From Lama guanicoe (lineage: Eukaryota), in NCBI GenBank assembly GCA_013239625.1, contig MU053933.1, positions 2,505,026 to 2,565,025 of the forward strand: 60,000 nucleotides of DNA, read 5' to 3'. Position 1 is the stretch's first letter, and each line of letters opens with the position of its first letter. Under the pieces are notes generated by a model. It was not told where the DNA came from, did no database searches, and saw only the letters and a list, made by a program, of their open reading frames with translations. Of this stretch, positions 51,032-60,000 are shown in pieces. A program made the position numbers and the translations under genes.

Positions 51032-51481
51032 GTGCATCCCTCTCAGGCCAGTTAAACCATGACTGTGGCCTGGGCGTGGTCTCTGCAGGACTGGCCACCA
51101 AGGTGCTTGCCCTGCAGAGGTGGGGACAGGATCACTCAGGTCACCCTGTGTGGGCCCAGGGTACCGGCTCGGGTCTGGAGTGGAGGTCGGACAGCCAGGC
51201 TACGACGGCTGCCCCGGCTCAGGGCTGCACGCCCACCTGGGGGGTCGCTGCACCAGAGTGGCTTCTATACTTGTGAGCCTTGAACCCCCCCTTCCGTGGA
51301 AAGCCTGACAGCCAGGGTGTGAATGCACGCCCAGCAGCTCTGTGGCCAGCGGGCTGGCCTGGTCCCCTCCTTCCAGTAGTCCCCCAGCCGCAGACTGAAA
51401 TCCTGTTCATGCTGCCTCTCACGAGCCTGCATCTTTGTCCTCAGACCATTACCCATCTTTCTGTACCACTCTGACCCGCAG

Positions 51482-51663
51482 GCATCTGTGCTTAGAATAA
51501 TTTCTAATTCTGCCTCCGGGCTACCCGGTTACGCTGACTGATTCAGCTGGAGGAGAAAAGGGGTGAGGTGGACCTGCTGTTGTGTAACCAGTGTTCCCAG
51601 CAGGCGAAGTTCCACACCCTTCTGTACCTCCAAGACCACGTCCTGGGAGAGATGACCGGCTAG
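51482..51663 (+). pseudogene. Candidate decayed terminal exon (GICA*NNF*FCLRATRLR*LIQLEEKRGEVDLLLCNQCSQQAKFHTLLYLQDHVLGEMTG*)
   Basis: Acceptor ctctgacccgcag|; coding-like GC3-rich codons; three internal stops, each one C>T change from a Gln or Arg codon; final TAG at 51661-51663. Confidence 0.4.
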
Positions 51664-51689
51664 ACCCCCAGAGGCGAGCATTTGAGCAT

Positions 51690-52230
51690 CAGCTTTATTT
51701 CCCAGGACACCAAAGTGTGATTTCATTTTCACACTTTGCACAAGTGAGGCAAGCAGTGGGCCGGAGGCCTGGGGGCGGGGCGGGGCTCAGGCTGGGGCAA
51801 TGCTGTTTGCACTGAGGGCCTTGCAGGCACAGCTGCCAGCACCCCTGAGGAGACCAAGGGCCCATCCCAGGCACCCACGTGTCTGATGTTGACCGTGACC
51901 AGGGGGAAGGACGGGCTTTCCTGAGGAGGTCGTAAGACCCTCATCCTGGACCTTGACCTCTCAGGTGCCCGGCGAGCCCTGGTACTGTCCCACGTGTTGG
52001 CCCCGGGTGACTGGAAACTGCTTTCACCCCACATCAGCATAAAGAGACACGTCCTGTGGGTGTCACTGCAGGTCGGGGAGAACACCACATACACCCATCT
52101 CTGGAGAGGATGGCGGCTGAGGAGAGCAGCACGGCAGGCAGGGGCGACCCCAGGCTCCCAGCCGCCTCCAAAGTGGCCAAGAGGCGGGCCAGCCAGCTGG
52201 AGCCCCGTGCAGGCCTGGGGCTCTCCGCCT
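51690..52230 (-). pseudogene. SSR4P1: Processed pseudogene of SSR4 (TRAP-delta), positional ortholog of human SSR4P1
   Basis: Minus-strand translation [64 protein letters not shown] and ALSANSIAPA* matches SSR4 ([26 protein letters not shown]...SYSLLRKA...GTWNGPWVSTEVLAA). It is intronless, with stops at 52024-52026 and 51961-51963, frameshifts, deletions and AATAAA at 51694-51699. The 5' boundary is approximate. Confidence 0.88.
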
Positions 52231-53849
52231 CAGCTGAGAGGCTGAATTCACTCCACCAGCTCCGCCTGGAGGGCAGGCACCGCTTCCCCTGTGCACACAA
52301 TACTGAGCGCGGGCCTCTCAGACCGGCTCCAGGCTGGGCTTCTGTCTTGCTTTGGCCAACAGGACATTAGGAAATGTGCCGAGGCTGGAAAAGCCCTGGG
52401 CACCGAACTCTGCCTCCCCTCTTGCTGCTGATGGGGCCACACCAGCACGAGCAGCAGCGGCGGCCAGCTTTCGGATGGCAGTCCCTGCCCGAGACCCGAG
52501 GGAGTGGCCCGTGTGAGTCCCAGCTCATACAAGCCACACCCCACGAAGCAGAGATGAACAGTGCCAGTCGCTCGCCCTCAGGATCGCGAACAAATAAATG
52601 ATTGCTTCAGGCCACTTAGTTGGGGTGGTTGGTTACACAGAAATAAAGTCCTCATGTACATTTTGCTTCTTAAGGATGAATCCCTAGACGTCATCCCAGG
52701 AGTCCTGGTGTTTCCGTGTTGTCCAGCGCCCCTCTGGACGCTGCACCTGGCAGCAGCCCTCAGGGCAGGCGCTGGGCCTCCTGCTAGCTGGCGGGCCTTC
52801 CCGTGAGAGAGCAACCTGAAATAGACCGCTGGCCGCCGCAGCACTCAGGTCACTGCACTCAGGGATACCCCGTTCTGTCCCATGACTTGGGGGTGACCGT
52901 AGCTAACCTCTAGAGTGCGAGGCTGGGCTCTTCCCCGACACGTGTCTTCTTCCCCCTCTTACACCGGAGCAAACCGGCAGAGGTCCAGAGAGATGCCGTA
53001 GGCCCCGCAGCTGAGAAGGGGGTTAGCAGAACTGGGCCCTGGAGCGCAGCCTCCGCTGGCACCGGCGCTGCCCAGGCTGAGGGCCCCAGGCCGGCCAGCC
53101 GCCGCCCGCTGCGCCCTGGAGTCCTCCTAGTAGGTGACCAGCCCCTGGAGAGCTCTGGGCACCCGCGTCTAAGGACTGGACTTTTCTTGTCAAACTGTTT
53201 TCTGAGTAGAAGTGCAGCCTTGAGTTGGTTATTCTGGTCTTCCAAACGTGGCACTTCCACAAATGCTTACCACTCTGCGTGTAAACACTTCTCGGTATCG
53301 CCGCAGAAAATGCAATTACGGTGCCCGGTGGCGTACGCTTACCGCGTGCTCGTGAATCAGCTTTGACAAGCCTTCACCCGCTAACCGACCAAGCCAGCCC
53401 CCGCAGCTGGTCATCTGGCCTTGCTTCTGATCTCGCCGAGGGTCCCACGCAGAAACCGGGGGGCGCCGTCGGCGTCTGGTGGCCGTGACCCCACCTCCTC
53501 CAGCACGCCCCCGACTTCGCACCGCGCAGGCCGGGTGCACCTTAACGTCCCGTTCCCGGCGCGCCCTCCAGCGCGCGGACGCTGCGGACCCCGCCCGCCT
53601 CGCCGGGGACTCCGCGCAGCCGGCCGCGGGCGGGGCCTCGCGGGGCCGCGCCCCTCCCGCCGCCCTGGGCCCTCTCTCCCGGCTCCCTCCGTCCCCCAGC
53701 CCCCGCTCGCGCTCCCGGGCCCCGCCGACCGCGGGTAAGACTCGGCGCGGCCTGCGTGCGCGCGCACGTGCGGCGTCGAGGCGTCACCGCCCCCCCGCGT
53801 GCGCGCGGCCGGCCGCGGGGGCCGCGGGGAGGGCGGAGCCAACGCCGAG

Positions 53850-53962
53850 GGCGGAGGGCGGAGGCTGAGGCGGCGGCTGAGGCGGCGGCCGGTCGGGCCG
53901 CGCTCGGGGGCGCGCTCGGGGGCGCGCTCGGGGCCGCGCCAGGCCACGGCCAGCGCGCCGCA
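53850..53962 (+). other. ADARB1: ADARB1 (ADAR2) non-coding first exon, 5' part; 3' end lies in or after the N gap, and the remainder of the window is intron 1
   Basis: ggctgaggcggcgg...gggccgcgccaggccacggccagcgcgccgc matches the human ADARB1 5' UTR as I recall it (GGGCCGCGCGAGGCCACGGCCACGCCGCGCCGC); independently supported by SSR4P1 synteny. Confidence 0.75.
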
Positions 53963-54022
53963 NNNNNNNNNNNNNNNNNNNNNNNNNNNNNNNNNNNNNN
54001 NNNNNNNNNNNNNNNNNNNNNN
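53963..54022. other. Assembly gap (60 N)
   Basis: Run of N bases. Confidence 1.
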
Positions 54023-54319
54023 GGGGGCGGCGGGGCTCGGACACCGCGGCCGGACAGCACGGCCGGACCACGCCGCCGGGCCACGCCGCCGGGCAGCCCG
54101 GGGCAGCGCCGCGGCTGCGTTTATGTAAGCGCCGCGGGGCAGGTGGTGAGGCCGCGCCGGGCGTGCGGCTGGTGCGGGACCCGAGCGGCCCGGGGCGCTG
54201 TCCGGAGACGCTGTCCGGAGCGGCCGCGGGCCGCCCGGGGAGGGGAGCTGCGCCCAGAGCGGCCCCACGTCTCCTGCCCCGGGCGCCGCATCTGCGCGGG
54301 ATGCTCTGCGCCGCGGAAG

Positions 54320-54850
54320 AGGGAGGCTGCGCTCCGGGATGCAGGAGAGCCTGCGACCCCGGGACGGAGGGGAGGCTGCGTCCCCGGGATGAAGCTGCGC
54401 CCCGGGGCGGGTACACCGAGCCCGAGGGTGAAGGGGAGGCTGCGCCCCCGGGGAGGGACACTGCCCCCAGGGATGAGGCTGCGCCCTGGGGAGTGGAGCC
54501 CGCGCCCCCGGGACGGAGGAGAGGCTGCGTCCCCGGGATGAAGCTGCGCCCCGGGGCGAGTACATCGAGCCCGAGGATGAAGGGGAGGCTGCGTCCCCGG
54601 GGTGAAGCTGCGCCCCGGGGCGGGTACACCGAGCCCGAGGGTGAAGGGGAGGCTGCACTCCCGGGATGAACCTGGACGGAGCGGAGGCTGCGTCCCTGGG
54701 ATGTGGATGCGCCCCGGGGCGGGTACACTGAGCCCGAGGATGAAGGGGAGGCTGCGCCCCCGGGGAGAGACACTCTCCCCAGGGATAAGGCTGCGCCCTG
54801 GAGAGTAGAGCCTGTGCCCTCAGGAGGGGAGCCTGCACCGGGGACAGCCC
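54320..54850. repeat. GC-rich compound minisatellite in ADARB1 intron 1
   Basis: Four copies of a ~63-bp unit ggaggctgcgtccccgggatgaagctgcgccccggggcgggtacaccgagcccgagggtgaagg built from gaggctgcgcccc subunits; decaying subunits continue to ~55080. Confidence 0.9.
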
Positions 54851-57569
54851 CGTCCCCTCCCCGGGAGTGCCGCTTCTGCTCCGGCTGCGGTGCGCCCTAG
54901 GAGGGAGGGCTGCGCCCGGGACAGGGCTGCACCTGGGACGGCCCGCGTCCCCTTCGGGAGGGCACCGTGTCCGCGCAAGATGCTCTGCGCTGTGTGGAGG
55001 GCACAGTGCACCCTCCGGGTGAGGCTGCGCCCCCGGGGAATGGAGGCTGCACCCCCACAGTGAGGCTGCGCCGGGGACGGCCCCGCGTGTCCTCCCGAGG
55101 GCGCCGTGTCCGCGTGGGATGCTCTGCGCCGCGGGCGTCCCGGGGCGGGGAGGTTCCCGCGGATACGGGGCGTCTTGAGCAATCGAAACGATCTGGGGCG
55201 GCTAGGGGCTCGAGGTGAATTCTGACATGTTCAGATCTGCAGTAGGAAAATTACCGGGACGTGAATGGGTCTGAAGGAAGGGGTCAACGTGGGCTGTGGA
55301 CGCTAAGACGTGTCGGAGTCTCGTTAACGTACTGGAGAACCTAAAACGTGTCCTAGTCCCGATTTGTGCGTGGAGACCCGCAGCGCTGTGTGTGGCTCCC
55401 GTTAGTATTTTCAGCCGGCGGGTCTGGGTCGTTACTTCTGACAAGGGCGTTTTGTTTCCTTGCACGAGCTGTAATGGTTAGCGTTCAGTTCTGGAAGTAC
55501 AAGGAAAAGTGGCTTGATGTCAGACTTGCTTATTTACTCTTAGTGTCGTAATTAAGATGATCGACCAGTTAAGTTTTGAGAACAGAAGTAGTTATTTACT
55601 TCTCCTTGTTCCCTCTTAAATTTACCATGTGTTGTATTCCTTTAAAAGGTGCCGCCTACAGCTGCATTTCCCCAAACGCCGGGTTGTGCTCTGGGCAGTT
55701 CCCGCGCAGTGTCTTTTGATTATGTCTTTTTTTTTGAGGCTGAGATTCCTTTACCTTCTGCCTGCTGAGGTTTCCCTGAAGGGAAAGGAAGAAGAAGAAG
55801 AAGGCAAAGATTGGCTGGTACCCCTCCTCCTTGATGTGAGAATCAGCTGCAAGCTCCCTCCAGGGACAGGGTCCCCTCCGCAGGGACACCCACAGCAGCG
55901 CTCATGAATACTGGATGAGACTCAGTGAGTTGGGTGTCGCTCCTGCCCTGCCCAGGTGGAGGTGGGGACTCACACTGGCTTTGCAAGGCAGCCACTGTCT
56001 ATGAGTCGTGCCTGTTTGATGTCTGAAGGTTCCTGAGACTGAATTTATTCAGCTACATCTCCAACAAAATTTGAGGCTATAGTTGGAAGGGAAAAAAAGG
56101 CCTTTCTGCAGGGGGCAGTGGTGAAGAGAAAATTGGTCCAGCTCTGAGAAATTGATGACACATGCATCCGAGATGCACTGTGCTCACAGTCAGCGCCGGG
56201 AGGTGAAGAGAGGACCATGAGCTAATAACGTCTCCCACAAAAAACTTCTCGGCTCAGAGGCTAATTCAGGACTTTGTGAATTTACATGTTGTAAAGGCGT
56301 TTCAACTGCTTTTAGAGGGGGCTAAGAAAATTCCTTAAACTTAAATGTGTCTGATGAATGAATAAAGTAAATGAATTCATTTGGCAAGGACTTACCACAT
56401 TGGGCTACGCGGGGCCCTCCCTGTCTTAGGCTCCCCACACAGTGCCGAGCAAAATACGCAGAGTTTAAAGCAGTGCAAAAGCTGGCAGTTGACTTTATTA
56501 AACACTTATAGCATTACCTTTCTAAAAATAAAATTCATAATTTTAGTTATGAAAGTTTAAAATGTATACCATTGAAGTTTTTATTTACAGCTTTGAAAGT
56601 ATAAGCTCTCACACTGCACATTCAAGGGGTGCAGACAGACACAAAGCCTCATTCCACTCCATCCCTAGCCACTCGGGCCCCTAACTGCTGTGGCCGGGTG
56701 ACTGTGTGCTGTCTCAGCAGTGGTTGAAATATACATGTGGTTACAGATGTGTTTTAATATAGTTTTTAATATCGAATGTGAGAAACAGTGCTGCAGTGAA
56801 TTTTTTTGTGCATGGGTTCAAGCAAAACCTGCTAATCATTTTTTTAAATCATCACAATTCCTTGGCTGTAAGGTTTAAGAGCTGGGTTTTATTCCCTTGA
56901 ATGCTGTGATGCGCGATGTATTTATGACCAAGGAAATTATTTAAATAGGTAGGAGATAGAAAGTATACTTTGGAGATTAATAGGTGAAGTTATACAGTTA
57001 CCAACCTATAAAAAAGTTGTTTAAGAAAAATTGTCAATCTTAGTATGAAACTGAAAAACTTAGGTCCAGTTTTATTGGAAAACTTGATTTTTTTTGTCAG
57101 TGTTCTAAAACATGGATTTCCAAATCTACAATTGGTGTGATAGAAATACTGCTATTAAAAAAAACTTAGACATATTTTTATAACATGTGACGTAGGAAAG
57201 ACAGTGAGAACCTCATTCAAAAATTGTATGTTGAGGTCGTTGAGGTTTCCTCATTCCTTCTCTTCCTGACGTCACGTGTTGTTCGGAACGTGCACAGGAA
57301 GCTAGCAGCCGGCAGCGGTGCTCACCTGGCCTTGCGGCGCAGCCTGACGGCCGTGGGGCCCAGGCCCTCAGTACCAGCTCGTCACGTTCTGTTGTGGTCT
57401 GGGTAACACTGCTGTGTGCCAGGTGTCTAGGGTGTGCCAGAGAACGGCTTTCTCTTCGTGGTGGATTTAAACTGAAGACGAGGCTGGGAGGGGGTGGAAG
57501 CAGCTTGGAGGGGCCTGGTATTTCCATGGGAAGCACGGTGAAACTCTGCGAGCATCTAGGGTGGGTTTC

Positions 57570-58060
57570 TTTCACTCACGTGGTCACCCCCACCCCCGGA
57601 CTTAGACCAGGTGTCAGTTCCGTTCTAGGCCCTGGAGACAGAGGAGTGAACGGCAGGGGTGGTTCCTGCCCCAGGGGGGAGATGAGGATGGTGAACCCCA
57701 ACTGAAGTCCTAAGTGCAGGGAGGAGCACGTAAAACTAGCAGGGGGGTTGAGGGGGCTCTCAGAGGCTGGAGGCTGGAGGCTGGAGGCTGGTGGCTTGGC
57801 ACGGCAGAGGGAGCTCTGAAGTCCTGGCCTTGGGCCACAGGGGTCTGAGCTTCCTGTGTGGTGCTGATGCGGTGCTGGTACAGGAGCCCAGGGGGCTGAG
57901 AGGAAGGGAGGGCTGCAGCTCATGGGGGTGTGGAATTGAGGTGGTGATCTCAGCCTCACAGGGTGCCGCCTGCCCGCCTACCTTCCTGGTAGAGAGTTTT
58001 GAACAACAGAAGGACAGGATCTGATTTACCTTTGAAAGGAATCATGCTGGCTGTTCTGCA
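57570..58060 (-). mobile_element. LINE-2 3' fragment
   Basis: gttctaggccctggagacagaggagtgaac and ggatctgatttacctttgaaaggaatcatgctggctg are antisense L2 hallmarks. Confidence 0.7.
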
Positions 58061-58074
58061 GCTAATCTTTTTTG

Positions 58075-58235
58075 GAAGCTTGTGATGTGCCAGGCCATTT
58101 AAGTGCTTTACATTTATTCATTAAATTCTTAGGCAGTCTATAGGCAGGCGTTATTATAGGTCTTCCATGTGACAGGTGGGTAAAGCTGGGTTCAGAGAGG
58201 CCACGGGTAAGTGGCAAAGGGAGGACCTCCCTGAG
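58075..58235 (-). mobile_element. MIR SINE
   Basis: tgtgccaggc...aagtgctttacatttatt...acaggtgggtaaagctgggttcagagagg. Confidence 0.75.
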
Positions 58236-59199
58236 AGCCCGGGCCGCGGGCAGGAGGGGGCAGCGGGCCTGCCCAGGCAGAGGTGGTGGGAGCAGATCCG
58301 GCATGCTGTCCTCCAGCACGTGTGAAGTGTCCTCTGTAAGTAAGTTGCAGTGTTATTTTCTGGTGCTGTTACCAGGGAAATGTTGCCACTTTGACTGTGA
58401 CACAGACCGCCCCATCAGGTGGGGGTCCCTCACACTCAGTGGAAGCGCCCTCAGACTTCCCGCATGGGCTTTTCAGACCATGCCGCTCTTGCGCCTTCAT
58501 GACAAAAGAAAAGGTAAGTGAAATAAAGTAATGGTAACATTTCTTCCCCTTTAGAGTTTGGTCCCTCCAAGTCGGCCCCACGGCAGAGTCCACTGTGCTG
58601 TCACCGACGTCACTGCGTGGCCTTCCTGACTGCCGTCTCTGGGGTGCGTCCACGCCGCGGCTGCAGTCTGCGAGCTTGGACGCTTTCTTGGTCTCACTGG
58701 CAGGTGTTGCGGAGGGGCTTCCGGCCCTAAGATGATTTGCTAACTGGCCTGACGATGGGTTAGTTGCTCTGTCAGTCATGCCGCCAAGAGGATCAGCTGA
58801 GTTTGAACAACCCCTCTCACCTCCTGCCCGATTTCACAGTCGTGAAGATGCAGGGAAGCGTGGGCCTTAGAACTGAGGAACTTGGCGTGTTCCGCAGGCA
58901 GAGCCGTCGGGATTGCCAGAAGGCTCTGCGGTGGAGCAGCCCTGACGACCCCAGGGCTGCCGGCCGGAGCGGTCGGCGGGCGCTGCTGTGACTGGTGTCT
59001 GGCTGGAGGTCCGGCGTCCGGGGCTGGAGGCGGCCCTGTGCTGCAGGCTGACCCGCGGGTCGAACCTTCATTCCGCGGCTACCAGACGTGTGGTCTTGAG
59101 CTCGCCGCTTACTCTTCGCACCTTGGGGTTCTCCTCCGTGACGAGGGAGAGGAGCCGGGCCCTGTCTGCTGGGCTGGTGGGTGGGGGAACTGAGCTGAC

Positions 59200-59640
59200 G
59201 TGAAGTGCCTGCAGTTGGACGCCACCAGCAGGACTGCAGAGGGTTTCTTCCGTGTTGTTTTGTGATTAGTCATCCCAGTGGGGGTGTTACGATCTGCGTG
59301 GAAGTTCAAGGTTGGGTTCAAGAAGAGGTTGGGGCCAATCATGTCCATTTGGCATCATTTGCACATTGCTGATGTCTGAAACCATAGGGGTGGCAGTGAG
59401 CGAAGACACGGAAAGGCTGAAGGGTGAGGATGGGGCCTGGGGGCTTTTGGCGAGGGGCCCACAGGAGGAGGGGTCTGGTGGTGGGGAGGCCTGGGTGAGA
59501 GTGAGGAGGTGCCGAGCGTCAGGTACAGGGGGCCCTCTGGAGGGGACCGGGCAGCCAGACAGCAGCTGGACAGCTGCAGGCTCGCAGGGTTTTTATTTGT
59601 AAGTGAGAGCGATTATAGTGTGTTTGGGGCCGTCAGGGAG
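59200..59640 (-). mobile_element. LINE-2 fragment
   Basis: gggttcaagaagaggttggggcc...atttggcatcatttgcacattgctgatgtctgaaaccatagggg resembles antisense L2. Confidence 0.55.
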
Positions 59641-60000
59641 GATCCCTAGAGGAGGACGGATGTCTGACGCATCGGGAGGCGGGTAGTTGCCGGAGCACTG
59701 TCTCTGAGGTGTGGGAGGGGACGGCCAGAGGCGCAGGGCCAGCTCAGCCCGGGAGCGAGGCGGGACTCCTGCCCGCGGGAGCTGCGGTGCACTTCAGACA
59801 TCCCTAAGCAGCTTGCTGCCCCTTTGAAAGGAGGGCGTAAGATAAAACATTCTGTGCTCAACGTGGGAACCTTGGGAACTGCGCAGCAGACTTCAGATCT
59901 GCTTTCTTATTAGCTTGTGGTGCTAAACGCGCCTTGGGGCGTCCTCACAGAAAGATACATGTGGAAATGGTGGGTTTTTTAACTTAAAAAAATTCATGTC

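Larger units (their letters stand above)
53270..55250. promoter_or_regulatory. ADARB1: CpG island promoter of ADARB1
   Basis: Very high CpG density, multiple GC boxes (gggcgg at ~53627, 53832, 53849, 53856), NRF1-like tgcgtgcgcgcgca, E-box CACGTG (53765-53770), CRE half-site cgtca (~53782); TATA-less. Confidence 0.85.

Noticed and set aside
53411..54838. 475-aa and 329-aa minus-strand ORFs with repeated peptides
   Set aside because: They run through the N gap, CpG island and minisatellite; the peptide repeats simply mirror the DNA repeat.
1..60000. Coding exons of ADARB1 or the neighbouring gene SLX9/FAM207A
   Set aside because: No dsRBD or deaminase peptide, no MDIEDEEN start and no SLX9 peptide is seen; these lie outside the window.

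Overview
This is GC-rich mammalian genomic DNA, most likely camelid, because it carries three tRNA-Ala-derived Vic-1-type SINEs and camelid-type L1 3' ends. It is the region immediately upstream of ADARB1 (ADAR2), syntenic with human 21q22.3. The assignment rests on a large CpG island (~53.3-55.2 kb, with a 60-N gap) containing sequence that matches my recollection of the non-coding first exon of ADARB1, and on a divergently oriented processed SSR4 pseudogene ~1.6 kb upstream, where human has SSR4P1. No intact protein-coding CDS is supported; the many long ORFs are artefacts of high GC content. The rest is old L1, L2, MIR, LTR and DNA-transposon remnants, plus a young solo LTR with 7 CCAAT boxes and 2 octamer sites. 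The most interesting signal is a chain of splice-site-bounded, stop-interrupted, coding-like segments on the + strand from ~21 kb to 51.7 kb. Several share a Y[IV]P[SG] motif and two share Y[IV]P[SG]CSQ. This suggests a decayed, unidentified multi-exon gene (unitary pseudogene) whose last exon abuts the SSR4 retrocopy. Repeat subfamily names and boundaries were judged by eye and are approximate.
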